A DNA stretch of 64,000 nt from Eledone cirrhosa (taxonomy: Eukaryota), in the NCBI GenBank assembly GCA_964016885.1, contig OZ024740.1, positions 255,068,001-255,132,000 of the forward strand, in the 5' to 3' direction. A program made the translations under genes and the position numbers. The notes below the pieces were generated by a model. The model was not told where the DNA came from and ran no database searches. It saw nothing but the letters and a program-made list of their open reading frames with translations. Shown piece by piece: positions 11,197 through 25,300 of this stretch; the stretch's first letter is position 1; every line of letters starts with the position of its first letter.

Positions 11197-14100
11197 GACA
11201 AGCCTGTCGCCCATCCCACTGAATACAGAAACAAAACACAAAAGTTTCCATCACAACCTGTAGCAGTACCATCTCAAAATAAAATCACCACCACTGCCGC
11301 CACCACCACCGCCACCACTACCACCACCGCCAACACCACCACCATAACAACAACTCAGAACAACAATGACCATAACACCGACAGTCTCAATGTAAACATT
11401 GTAAACAATGTAAACACTGATGGTGGCGGCAACGGCAACACCAACAAACAAAACAACAACAACAACAACACCAACAACAAGAGCAAGGACGACAACACAA
11501 CAAGAGCAACGGAGGCGCCACCTTTGCAGCGGCAGCAGCGACAACAAAGCGCTTTTTCAATGTAGATATTAGCGATAAGGAACAACAGTTGGTCCAGGCG
11601 TGGAGGTTAATTAAACGAGAGAAGTCCTGGGCAAACCTGACCACCCCGGACGGGGCAATAGCGGTCATGCACAGGAGAACGGTGTACTTTCGATGCATTT
11701 CTGTGCAGACACGCAAAGTGGAACTTGCCAGCCAAGCAGAGGTCGAGGCTGCTTTGTGGTGTATCGGAAGTGACTTCGAGTACAAAGCAAGGGCCAAGCA
11801 GTTCGGTACCATCTCGGTACTGTTCAAAACCGATGCCCTTGCTATTAAGCACTCGGTGACCCCCGGCAAAACGGAACGCATTATCATGCACCCATCCCAC
11901 ATGGGCAAAAGGACAGTAAAGGCCCACATTTCCATGATCCCACCAGGAATGAACATATGGTGGCTCCTGGGATGCGTAATCGAGGAGAGGACAGACACTA
12001 CCCTCCTAGATATCAAAAGGACAGAGAGAGAAGACTGGTCCGGATGGATTTGGAGATTCTTCTCCAAATGAAACCAGATCACATCAACAACATTCTGGAT
12101 TTTGCCCGCCGGCAGGACAGAACAACAATCCAATTAATCACTGAGGAAGAAGGCCGCACTGCTTCGTCTGCGGGGAAGCAACGCATCTGCAAGCCTTCTG
12201 CCCTCAGCTCAAAAATGCAGGGGTTCGCAAACATCCTTTGTTGCCAACACCAGTCTCAGCACGGAAAGCTACACCACCAACACCACCAAAAAAACAACAC
12301 CAACAAAAGACACGGGTAACCCCACCAACATCAAAAACAGCCGGACCACCACCAACACCGAAACCAATCCAAGGGGAAAACGAGGAAAGCTCTCCCACTC
12401 CCCTACCCCTCCAATTATACACATAGACAAAACAATAAACGCACACACAGACACAGCTACACTCACAGCCACAGACCCTTTGTCCTCCAGCAGCGAAGAT
12501 GAAGGAAAACCCAAAAGTACAAAAAAAAACAAAAGAGAAAACTCACAAAACAAAATCCCCGACAAAACACAAAAACATACACAACAAAAATACAGACAGC
12601 ACTAACGCAAACACTTCCCCAATAACATCAACACCAACATCAACATCAACACCACAATCCCCGAAACGCAAACAACCTAAACAAATACAAGTACAAATAA
12701 ACACACAAATACCTGAAATTGCAGACACCACACCTACAACAAATACAGACATACCCGAAACAACACCACCAAAACCATCACCACCACAGTCACCAAAACG
12801 AAAACAAATAAAACGACACCAACAAAATATTAAAAATGTTCGTGCTTGTCAGAAGGGCCAACGATAAATTGATGGCCCTCTTAGCACGAATCGAGGACAT
12901 TCAAACAGAGGGGGAGATCTTTGAAATGAGCACATTTTGCGAGTCAGAAGATTTGTTTCTGGTGCGAATGTCGCTCTATTCCTACAAAGAAATTCAGGAG
13001 AGCTTTCCTCAAGACGTGGGAACCCCGAACGGGAAACCCACATCGAGACTTTTAAAGGGGTTCCCAAAAGAAACCCCACCAGGTATGGAGGTCGAACCAC
13101 CCGACCTTGACTAGACTCCGGGAGGTAAGTAAACCTTCTCTCCCTCATTTAGCTTGCCAACATGGCCATATTAAGAGTAGGAAGTTTAAATGTTCGTGGC
13201 CTGGGGTCACCCTGGAAGCAGGATCTCCTGCTCGACAACCTCAGGTCTCTGGAAATGGATGTGATTGCCGTCAGCGAGACCAGGATTTCCGACACGCGCG
13301 CAGTAGACCACATTTTCGACCACTATCAGATCTTCGCATCTGTTAGCAGGCTGGGAATGGGAGGTGTGATGGCAGTGATGTTTAGGAAAGGCCTGGATCT
13401 CGAGGTAAGGTTGATCTTCCGGGACCCGGACGGTAAGTTGGTGGTCTGGATGTGAGCAGTAGCGAAGGTGGTTCCTTTAGACTGCTGGCCGTCTACGCCC
13501 CTACTGGGGCCGGACGACCGGACTTCTTTAGGCGCCTGGAAACCTTTCTGGGTACGTCTCGCCCTTTACTGGTAGCGGCGGACTGGAACGGCAGCTTAGA
13601 CGCATGCTGGGATTGTGTGGGAGTAGCTGATAGGAGCGGGGGGTGCAAAAGCTGCAAGCACTTACTCAGCCAATTCCAACTGTCGGACAGGTATCGACTA
13701 GATTACCCAATGCGCCAGTGTAGACGTGGACCAACCGCATAGGGTCATCTAGATCGTATATAGACAGGATCTTCATTAGGAAAATAGATAGAAACGGTCG
13801 CCTATTCAGATCACAAATTTGTGATCTGTATGGTCGACCTAGATAAAACGCGTAGGTTAGAACCTGGTTACTGGAAGTTGAACATGTCATTTCCGGCACG
13901 TAAGGCTTACAGGGACCAGGTCAACAATTTAGTCAAACGTTGACTGGGGGGATCATCATCAATAGATGGTGGCGGGCTCTCAAAAGAGAGATTAGAGTAG
14001 CTTCGATAGAGTTGAGCAAACAACTAGCGTTAGAGGAAAATAAAAAGGAGGGGGAGCTGGTAGATAGGTTAGACGAGGTAATTTGTAGTGGCATTGCAAC

Positions 14101-16863
14101 TGACGTGCTAGCGGCGAGAATGGCATTAGACCATTTCTTCAATGCGAAACATGAAGGTTGCATTGTCAGAGCTAAGACGCGTGCGCTGAGAAACGAGGGA
14201 ACCAAAGCTGTTCGATGTGCCCGCGTGGCGGAGGCGCACCGTGGTAATAAAACCACTATTCGGTCTTTGGCGGACCGAGACAGACACGAGATAAGCGATT
14301 CTAAGCGGATGTGTGAGGCCTTTCGCCAGCATTGTGCTCGGTTGTTCGGGGAGACTGGTGGGTCAGAGACAGTAGCGGATTTCAGTCCCTACCTTGACGG
14401 CTTGCCGCGCATCTCGACGGTCGACGCTGAGCGCTGCAAAAGGCCGATTACTTCAGCCGAAATTCAGGACGCCCGTGTCAGCTGCATGAGGCGCAAGTCA
14501 TCCGGTTTGGATGGCCTGCCCTACGAACTTTACGTAAATATGCCAGACTTGTTCTCCGATCTCCTCGAAGCGCTCTACTGCAACTGGCAGCAGAATGGGA
14601 GTATTCTCAGTTCTGTGAGCAGGGGAGTGGTGAGGCTGATAAGGAAGGATGAGAACAAGAGGGATACATTAGACAACTTCAGGCCCATAACTCTGCTCAA
14701 CACAGAGTTTAAGATTTTGGCCAAGGTGTTAACAAAGAGATTGGCGCTTGTTTTCGAGGATTTGGTTGAGGAGGCGCAAACATGCGCAATCCCAGCCAGG
14801 TCCATACACGACAATCTCCACCTCATGCGATATATCATAGAGAGGGTAGGGTGTAAACCTGGCTTCGGTGGGGTACTGATCAATTTAGATCAATCGAAAG
14901 CATTCCATAGGGTCGACCATCGGTAGCTGGAGGCGGTCCTCAAAGCGGCTGGCTTCGGCCCTGTCTTCAGAAGCTGGATCGCTGCAATGCACAGCGGCAC
15001 ATGCACGGTGGTCAAGGTTAATGGCCACCTCTCGGAACCATTTCGGATCTCCCGATCGGTCGGTCAAGGGTTCCCTCTCTCTTCCCTTCTGTACGTATTG
15101 ACTCTTTGAGCCTTTACTGCGGAAGCTGGAGCTGTTGCAGTGCATCCCGCTCGAACCGGGACGTAGAAGGGATGTGTCAGCTTATGCGGACGACATCACC
15201 GTGATGGTGTCGGACACCTCAGAAATCGAGGTGGTTGGCAACTTATTGGAGGAATATGAAAGGTTGACGGGAGCAAAACTTAACCAGGAAAAGTTGGTTG
15301 GCTTGCAACTCGGCACCTGGAGAGGCAAGTCCATGCCGTCCAACAGCGTCATTGGGCGCTGGACGGACGAACCGGTAAAGTTGCTCGGGGTTTGGTTAAG
15401 GCCAGACCTCCAGGTGGATAAAATTAGGACCAGGTAACGAGCAGGGTAGCCAGTCTCACCCAAAAATGAGCTGCGAGGAAGCTATCACTGAAAGGTCGCG
15501 CGGAGGTGGCGAATGCGTACATCACGTCCGTCATCTATAACCGCCTGACTGTCGTGCCTTGCCCTCGTCCGCGCCTCGTCAAGTTGGAACGGCTCCTCTT
15601 CAAATTTTTGTGGAGAAGACAAGTTCCGTTGGTGAGGCGGTCCATCTGCTGCCAGAACCCTCTACGAGGAGAGCTGGGCAGGCCGTGGCTAATGATGCGC
15701 AAACATGCGCTGAGGCTGCGACATCTCCAGATATTCTTCCTAAACGGTGAATAGGTGTGGTCGCCGTTTATCAGACGGGCGTTTCCGCAGTTCGTTTCTT
15801 TGACTGAGCTGCAATCGTGGGTCAAGAAGAGACCGATATTAGGTGACTCGCACCTAGAATGTTGCCAGGCTCTCACTGCCCTCTACCAAGCGGGCAATGC
15901 GATCAGTGGAACTTTCACTCTCGAGTTCTATAGAGGAATAGTGGTGGGCAAGCGCGATGACGCACTCGGAGAGGCTCAGGGTCCTGACGAAGTCGAACTG
16001 ACCAGTCTGTTCCGGAGGACTTTCGAGCCGGGGACGATGGACAAGTTCCAGAAATCCCTCGCTTGGCAGTGCTACCGGGTTGGGGGGGGGGGGGCACTGC
16101 AAGTTCGGGATAAACTCTATACGGAAGTGATGTCAGATGGACCTGCCCAAGATGCGCACAGAGCGACGAAACCGTTCTACACGCACTTGTCCAATGTCGG
16201 TGTATTACTGACTTGTGGAGTTATGTCGAACAGCTACTGTCCCGTGTAGAACAGATCCGGCTATCGGCCGAGTCCATAGTGAAGATCGACCCGCCTCTTT
16301 CCTTTGGACAGGAAGAGCAGGCAATTTTCCTCTGTCTGGTGGCAGTTGCGAAAGAGGTTATATGGTGGACCAGATTGAAATGACTGAAGACAGACACTTT
16401 TCTCTTCGGCCAATCCCTTATCAACTTCTTCAAGTTTCACCTGGAAAGGAAGGTGAGGGTGGAGAGAGAAGTGCTCCCCCCAGTATATTTGCTAAAAGGT
16501 GGATGAATGTGGCGCGAATAGCCAGTGTGAATGGGCCTACTCTGACCATGCGCCTATAGGCTAGCCAACTTGAGGTGAGGGGTGCTCTTCCTGGGTGCCC
16601 TAGAAGCGGAGGGTGGTTCAGAATTGGTGGGGTACCTGAGTCACTCCTGGAACATCCACCCCCTATAGGGGAATTTATTTATTTTGTTATATTTATACAT
16701 AGTTTATTTTATATTTGTATATCTTCATTGTTAAATTAGTCTTGCCATGGTGCACTTTTACTAGACCTTATCGTAAACCCCCACTGTCCCTCTCTTTGTA
16801 TTGTCCCCTACATGCCGGCCCTTGTGGCCAATAAATGAAATCATTATTATTATTATTATTATT
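10951..16863 (+). mobile_element. Tx1-clade LINE copy C (second subfamily), near full-length, degenerate, (ATT)n tail
   Basis: Starts after TATTATTATT; ORF1 with broken knuckle CFVCGEATHLQAFC (~12160); ORF2 ATG 13162 (MAILRVGSLNVRGL), RT motifs 13940-15437; ends GGCCCTTGTGGCCAATAAATGAAATC(ATT)n. Confidence 0.9.
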
Positions 16864-19800
16864 GGCTTTGTTGCCACGACGCGCCTCCGCCATTCGGGCC
16901 CATCAAACGGCTTTCGGCCCCTCGTGTCTGAGAGCACGCACCCTAGCTCTGACAACGCAGCCTTCTTGCTTTGCGTTGAAACAATGGTCGAGAGCCAATT
17001 TTGCCGCAAACACGTCGGTCACGATGCATTTACAAAGCGCCTCGTCTAATTTGCTAACTAGATCTCCCTCTGCTCTATTTTTCTCTATTACTAACGCCTT
17101 ACTAAACCTAATGGACTCTATTCTAATCGTTCTTTTTAGAGCAAACCACCATTTGTTGTTGACGATGGTCCCCGTCAACGCTCGCTTAGCTAATTCGCTA
17201 ATCCGGTCTCTGTAAGCTTTGCGCGCTGTTAACGACGCGCTTAGCTTCCAGTAGCCAGGTCCCTGTCTATGAAGCATATCTAAGTCAACCACACAGATCA
17301 CGAATTTGTGATCCGTGTAGTCGATTATCTAGAATTGTGGACAGCCTATGCTATACCTATCTATTTCCCTAAAAATACCCTATCTAGATATGATCTGGAT
17401 GACTCGATGCGGTTTGTCCATGTCCACATTGGCACATTCGGGAAATCCAGACGGTACCTGTCAGACAGTTGAAAACGTCTAAGCAGGTTTGCGAGGATTT
17501 TACAGCTTCTTCCCCTATGCGCTAATCCCACACAGTCCCAGCATGCATCTAAGATACCGTTCCAGTCGCCCACTAACATTAAAGAGCGGGACGTTCCAAG
17601 AAAGGTCTCTAGACGCCGGAAGAAGTCAGGCCGTTCTGCTCCTGTTGGGGCATAGACGACCACTAGCCTGAAAGCTTGCCCTTCTCCACTGGTCACGTCC
17701 AGCACCACCAACTTACCTTCTGGGTCCAAGAAGACGAGATCCAGACTTCTCCGGAACAACACAGTCACCCCACCCACCCCCAAATCTAAGATGGCTTGGA
17801 AATGTGTATACCTCGTAGCTGCCGAAAATGGGTGCGAATGCCCGTGCCTCGGAGATTTTGGTCTCGCTGAAGGTCACCACATCTATGTTTAGCGACATTA
17901 GATCGTTGAGCAGGTGGCCTTGCTTCCAAGACGACCCCAGGTCACGTGCATTTATGCTACCTATCCTCTGAGAAGCCATGTTGGCTAGAAGAGGAGGAAA
18001 ACAAGTGAGAGGGGAAAAGTAAAAAAATTTACCTGTGGCTCATTTTTAGGAAGGGGGTGGGTGATCCATCCCTCCGACCAGTAGCGGGTTTCTCCACGAG
18101 AATGTCTGTGAATATTCTTTTAGTGATGTTCCCTCGGTAGTCTCCAATTGATGTGGGGAACATTTTTTTTAATGTCATGTAATTTTTGGGGGTGATTTCT
18201 ATTATTTTTATGTGTTGGGAGGGGGGGGGGGGTTAATTTTGGTGGCCTGTACGTTCTGTGATGTGGGTGTGGTGTTAAATGTAATTTAAAAGCTTTGTGT
18301 TGTCTGTGTCTATGGCTGTGTATTGTGTCTGCTGTTGGGGTGTTGATGCTGTCTGTGTTTGCTGTGGTGTTGTTGGAGGTGACGATGGGGTAGATGCTAA
18401 TCGTGGCGGTGGTGGTGATGATGGTGGTGGTGGTTATGGGGGTATGGCTGTTGATGGTGGTGGGGGAGGTGGTGTCGTTTTCATTTTTTCTTTGGGGTTT
18501 CTTTCTCTCCTTTTTTGGGGGGTGGGGGTGGGGGTGGAGGTAGGGAGTTCTTCCTTTTTTGCTGGGATGGTTTTCCATCCTTCGGCCTCATCGCACTCCT
18601 TGTCCGATTTAGCAATATCGGGAAAGGTAATACTCTCCATTGGTTCTGTTGGTGGTGGAGGAGATGGTGCTTTTGTTATTGGGGATACTGATTTTTCTTC
18701 TGCCACTGAGGTCTTGGTTGGTTTGTCCACTCCAGTCGCAAGGTACGGCGTAGGGAGAAGGGGGAGCGCGTGCTCGTTTTGGTGAGTTTGGGGCAGAAAG
18801 CATTAAGGTGCGTTTTGTCACCGCATCCATGACATCTTGGGCGCCTACCTTCGACAGTCACGGGTGGATGGCTGCCGTCGTCCAGGTCTATTACATCGGG
18901 GATGGCCTCGATGCTCTCATGGTCTGCTTGGATGATTAGCTCCACCCCCGACCCTGTCTAATTCTCCTGTCTTATTCGCATGACGTCGAGTATAGTTGTT
19001 GTATCCTCAACGTCAGCGAGGACGGCCGCCATCAAACACGCCATCTCCACTGAGGGTGGAACCTGGATTACTCGAACCCTTACGACTCTCTGGCCACAGT
19101 ATGTGGGCATCATTATTATTTCGTCACTGCGGAGTGGCGCAATGGAGTGTGCTCTGGCTTCTTCCGGCGTAGCGAAGAGCATACTCACAGTGCCATACCC
19201 CAATTGTATGTTTTCTGTGCCCAGATGGCCCCCATAGCCCTTTGGACCTCTGACTTCGCTGCCCGTTCGACTCGGCGCGATTTTATTCCGATTGTGCGAT
19301 AACTGACCGAATACAAAAGCTTGTTTTTTTTATTATATTAGCTAGGCGGGTGAGACTTACCCTGTGTTCGGTCTTTAATCCACATTGCTTGCTTTAATCT
19401 ACATTGGGGCTGTATACCCGTTCAACGATGTGGTTGTGGTCTGCTGTGCTGACTCATCGCTAGTCTTGCCTTTGTTGCTGCTGTTGTTGTTGTTGTTGTT
19501 GCGTTCTTGTTGGGTTTTTTCCTTCTGTGTAGCTGCTGTTACAGTTGTTGCTCCCTGGGTTCTTTATAGCTGTTGCTGCTGTTATTGTTGGTATTGAGGT
19601 GGCAGTGGTGTCTGATGCTTCTAATGATGGAACATTTTCGTCGTAGTTTGCGCTGATGCTGCTACTGTTTCAGTAGTTGTTGCTGCTGTTGTTGTCACTG
19701 CCACTGCCACTGTGGCTGCTGCTGTTTCTGTTGTTCTTGCCTGTGTCTTGTGATTGGACGGAATCGGCTGTTCTACCCTTCGAACAACCCGCTGTTCCTC

Positions 19801-20030
19801 CCTGTGGACAATTTTTTTGTCCGCCATCTTTTTTTTTAACAAAAAATTGAGGGGTACGATTGTAAATAAATACAAATTCAGCCCTTAAGGTTAAAAAACC
19901 ACCTCCTTTGAAAGAGGGGTTCTTTAACTGCACAACAATGTAAAAATTACTATTTAAAAGTTTCGATAAGTTCAAAAAATTCAACTGACTTACTCCGTCG
20001 TAGTTGCACACGTCTCGAGAGATTCAGCAC
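16864..20030 (-). mobile_element. Tx1-clade LINE copy D: 5' UTR, ORF1 and ORF2 N-terminus on the minus strand (inverted 5' half of D/E)
   Basis: Knuckle RCHGCGDKTHLNAFC (18676-18945); APE MASQRIGSINAR, VYAP, GDWN, SYLDR (17361-17979); breaks at ..RRGNKA. Confidence 0.9.
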
Positions 20031-20040
20031 ATAATAATAA

Positions 20041-22305
20041 CGGCGGGCGCATGCTACTCAATCTCGGGCATATGTGTGCGGCTTTTCAGCAGCACTTTGC
20101 TCAACTGTTCGGGAGCAGTGGCGGGCCGGATCGTGGGATGGACGTTAGTGCCTACCTCGACGGACTGCCGCGGCTCTCGGCCATTGAGGCGGAGTGTTGC
20201 GAAAAGCCGATAACATCCGCTGAAGTACGGGAGGCAATGACTGGCTGCACAAGGGTAAATCGCCTGGATTGGATGGTCTGCCCTACGAACTTTACGTTCA
20301 GATGCCAGACTTGTTCGGAGACCTCTTGGCAGGCGTCTACTGCAACTGGCATCAGAACGGGAGAATTCCCAGCTCTGTGAGCCGAGGAGGGGTGGCGCTG
20401 CTGAGAAAGGACCCGAACAAGGGGGATAACATAGATAATTTCAGGCCCATAACTCTGCTAAATTCAGATTTCAAGATTTTGGACAAGATGTTATCAACGG
20501 GACTGTCGCTTGTCGTCGGTGATCTGGTAGGAGAGGCGCAGACATGCGCCATACCAGACAGATCCATCCATGACAACCTCCACCTCATGCGATACATCGT
20601 GGAGAGGGTAGCTAGAGAACCTCGCACGGGTGGGTCCTTTTAGATCAGTCGAGGGCGGCTGGCTTTGGGCCCGTCTTCAGAGGCTGGATCGCTGCCATAT
20701 GCAGCATATGCAGAGGATGTCACCGTAGTGGTGTCGAACGCCAAACATATCGAGGCGATCGGCACTACACTAACAGATTACGAGGCGGTAACAGGAGCAA
20801 TGATCAACCAGGAAAAGTCGGTGGGCCTGCAGCTCGGCACCTGGAAAGGCAGGCCCATGCCATCCGACAGCGTCATCGGGCGCTGGACAGACGGACCGGT
20901 TAAATTGCTAGGGGTCTGGTTCGGTCCGGACCTCCAGATGGACAAAAACTAGGACGAGGTGACGAGCAGGGTGGCTTCTCTCACCCAGAAATGGGCAGAG
21001 AGGAAGTTATCCCTGAAAGGTCGAACAGAGGTGGCGAACGCGTACATCACGTCCGTAATCTACTATCGCCTGACCGTCGTGCCTTACCTAAGTATCGCCT
21101 GACAGCGCTGGATCGTTTGCTCTTTCGCTTTGTGTGGAAGGGACGTGCTCTGATGGTCAGGCGGTCCATCTGCTGTCACCACCCACTACGGGGAGGGCTG
21201 GGCATGCTGTGGCTGATGATGCGCAGACATGCACTCAGGCTACGGCATCTCCACCTCTTCCTCGACGGTGATCAGGTGTGGTCGCCCTTTGCTAGACGCG
21301 TGTTTTCTCAACTTGTCTCTTTGACGGAGCTGCAGTCCAGGGTCAAGCGAAGACCGAGTGGAAGCGCTTGGAGACTGGAATGTCTTCATGCACTTACAGC
21401 CCTCGATCAGTCGGGCAATGCGATCTATAGAGGATTAGTGGAGGGGAAGAGCGACGACGTACTTGGGGAGACTCTGGGCGTCGACGAAAATCAACTAGCC
21501 AATCTCTTTGGGAGAACTTTCGGGTCGGGGCCTATGGACAACTTCCAGAAATCCCTGGCCTGGCAGTGCTACCAAGGAGCTTTGCCAGTTCGGGATAAAC
21601 TCTACAGGCATGGAAGTGCCGTCAGCCGGGCATGTCCGAGATGCGCACATGGCTACGAAACCGTCCTGCACGCACTCGTCCAGTGTCCGAGCATTGCTGA
21701 CTTGTGGGTTTATCTTGAACACCTGCTGTCGCGTGTAGGACGGATCCGGCTATCAGCTGAGTCCATCGTGAGGATTACCCCGCCCTCTTCCTTTAGCCGG
21801 GAAGGGCAGGCAGTTTTTATCTGTCTGGTGGCCATGGCGAAAGAGATAGTATGGTGGACACGTTTGAAAGGGCTGAAGACGAGCACTTACCTCTTCGATG
21901 ATGCCCTGATTAACTTTTTCAAATTTCATTTGAAAAGGAAAATCAGGGTAGAGAGGGAAGTGCTCTCTTCCCAGCATTTTGTCGAAAGATGGGTGAGAGA
22001 GGCAAGAATGGCCCGAGTGAATGGACCTACTCTGAGTATGTGTCTGTAAATTAAAGGTGGAAAACTGGGAGAGGGCACTTGCCCTGGTGGTCAGGGTCAC
22101 TGTGGCTTTTTAATGGGCTTTCTCCACGAATGTCCCTAGGAAGTCCCCCCCCCCCCCCTATTGGGGAATTTTTCATTGTTATTTTTTTGTTATATCCTCT
22201 GCTTTTGTTTTTTACACGCAGAAATGCCCATTTGTACCGTCCTGTATTGTCCTGTACTGTCCTTAATGTCTACTTTATGTAAACCCTTGTGGTTAATAAA
22301 GAAAG

Positions 22306-22348
<43 letters not shown>
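20041..22348 (+). mobile_element. Tx1-clade LINE copy E: 3' half of ORF2, 3' UTR and (ATT)14 tail (direct half of D/E)
   Basis: Begins GRMLL..MCAAFQQHFA; RT motifs with internal deletions near 20650-20700; Cys motif; AATAAA 22295-22300; tail 22307-22348. Confidence 0.9.
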
Positions 22349-25300
22349 GGTCTAATCGGACGTCTTTTGCTTGCTCCCAGTAAGTCGCTTTATTTGTCTT
22401 CTAAAATTATTTGTTGTTAATATTTTTTGTTGTTAAATATTTTTTGTTGTGTAAGGGACTTTGTTCTGTGAATGGAAAGTATAATATTTGGGTCTTTTGG
22501 CCCGAATATTTGAACATTTTACTTTAAAAAAAAGAATTATAAAAAAAAAAAACAAGGCTGAGCCACGCCGCCCAGCAATATGTCAGCTGTCGTGTGGCAA
22601 CGGCGTAAAAGTTGAGAGGAGAGTTAGTGAAATTCATACAACAGACAACAACACAAACAACGTGAACAAAGACAACACTAAGAACACTAATTTTGAAAAA
22701 ATTACCACACCAACTGCAACAATAACAGCGTCACCCAAAATACAGACAACAGAAAATAATGACAACAAAAGCAACAAAGATATTAACACCACTAACAAGA
22801 AAATAAACAACGACACCACCAACAACAACAAGACAAATTGCACCGAAAACAACAACAATGGTGGCACCAAAAAGACAACCAACTACAACAGTGATAACAG
22901 CAACAACACCAACAACACCGTTTGTAGCAGTAGCAACAGCAACAGCACCAACAACAATACCAGTAGCAGCAGTAGCGGCAGCAATAATGGTGCCGCTGAA
23001 AAAGGGGCCACTTCTTTCGCAGGTGTGGCCCGAAATATAGACACGGTGCTAGTTACGGAGGAGGAGATGGCAGTCGCAAGAACATCTCTCGGGTGGAGTT
23101 TTCAGGGAAACTCTATTGTCGAGAAACGACAATAGAGTTTCCCTGAAACCTCCACCCGATTTCTTCAAAGACCAGCAGCTGCGCACGGTGACTTAACGCA
23201 CCATAAGAAAAATGTCACATCGGGTGGAGAGAGCCACGGGGGCTCAAATCCAAAAGGCCTTGAGGTGCGTCTGGGCGCGCAAAACCCACATCACCTGAGG
23301 CAAAAAGTTCGCCACAGTAGACGTACTTTTCGCCCCCCCCCCCCTCAGAGGCGAAGTCTCACTCTTTGGAAACCCTAAAGAATGAGGAGATAGTCTTGGT
23401 GCTCTCCTACTGCGGGCAGAAACTTGTGAGGGTCAAAGTAACCTAGGTCCCGCCCGACGTGCCCATACCTTGGTTGGGCGCGTCTGTACTGGCTGGATTC
23501 GAGGAGAAGACCACCATACTGCAAATAGAGAGAACTGGTCAGGTATAGGCATGCAAATGCTAATACAAACTGACCAGGATTGCATCGAGGCCATCCCAGA
23601 CATCATAGACCTCGAAGAAGGGCTCCAGCTCCCTATAAACGTGGAAGGAACGCGCCCAAAGTGCTATCTCTGTGGGCAGAAGGGTCACCTCAAGGCATTC
23701 TGCCCGCAGAAGACAGCCAAGATGAGCCCCCTCCCTTCCTTCCAATACCTGGTCCGCTGCTACCAACAGCAGGTCAGGCAACAGAGACAGAAGACCCTTC
23801 CATGGTGAGTAGGAGGGCAACGTCCGTGGCACCCATACCAAGGCCACGGACAACTAAAGCAGCGGCAGCAGTAGCGGCAACACCAACAGTCGCAGTAGCT
23901 ACACCGGCGGCAAAATCGCCGGAGCGCGCCCCACTACCACCACCAACAGCAGTGGAGCTCATGCCCCTCCCGGACGCCACGGGGTCCGACATGGAGTGTG
24001 AGGCGGGAGGGAAGTGACAAACGGTCTCCCACAAAAAACAAAAAAGGGAAAACCCCTTAGCTTCACCCTCTAAAAGTGAAGGCAGACAAAGAGGGGTAAA
24101 GGCTGCAAGGATACTTGCAGCAACACCATCACCAAAAACACCAACATCGCATATACAACAAAACACACACACCCAACAGCAACAAAAAAACAGCAACAAA
24201 ATCACCCCTCCTCCCAAAAGGTTCACAGTCATAAACATGGCAAATAAAGAACTCTTACAACATATAAAGCAGCACTCAGACATCACAGAAAAAAACTACT
24301 ACACCCGACCAACACCAAGAACTCTCCCAACAAACATAAGCATCATTGAAATCAAAATGGAACATTATAAACTTTTAAAACAAAATTTCCCCAACAAAGT
24401 TGGAGACTTCAGAGGGTCGGTTACCAAGAGGGTATATACCGACATCCTCTTGGAAACAACCATGACCAGCCAAAGAGACGGTTCTACTGTCCCTTCACCA
24501 CACGATCAAGGTAAGTGATCCTTTCTCACTTACCCCGTTTCTCATCCAGCATGGCCGTACTTAGAATAGTCAGTATAAATGTACGTGGCCTGGGGTCATC
24601 TTGGAAGCAGGGTCACCTGCTCAACGATCTCAAGTCACTAAATATAGATGTGGTGGCCATCAGCGAGACCAGAATCTCCGAAGCACGAGCCTTCGCACCG
24701 ATCTTCGGCGGCTACGATGTATACGCATCTCCCACCGTCCAGGATCGGGAGAGGGTTGCCATTCTTTTTCGGAGAGGCTTGGATCTCGCCATACTTGGAT
24801 CTTACCAGATGGTAAGTCGGTGGTGCAGCGAAGGCAATGTTTTCAGGCTAGTAGCCGTCTACGCCCCACCAGGGGCATGACGGCCAGATTTCTTCAGATG
24901 TCTAGAGACCTTTCGTGGTACGTTCCGCTCTTTAGTGTTAGTGGGCGACTGGAATGGTATCTTAGATGCGCGCTGGGATTATGTGGGGCTAGTAGACAGG
25001 GCAGGAGGGTGTAAAAGCCTCAGCAACCTGCTCAGACGTTTTGAACTGTCTGATAGGTATAGACTGGATTATCCGAATGTGCCAATGTGGACATGCGCAA
25101 ACCGCATCGGAACATCCAGTTCGTATTTAGATAGGGTATTCTGTAGGGAAATAGATAAGGCTAGTGTAGGTTGGCCACAATTTAAAGTAGTCGACTACAC
25201 AGACTACAAATTTGTGATCTGTGAAGTTCACTTAGACAGACTTCATAGACAAGGACCCGGTTACTGGAAGCTGAATGCGTCGTTCTCGGCGCGCGAAGCT

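Noticed and set aside
13125-13164. Micro-intron creating an ORF1-ORF2 fusion protein
   Set aside because: Removing GT..AG leaves the ORF2 ATG out of frame in C, F and G, and B has no AG before the ATG.
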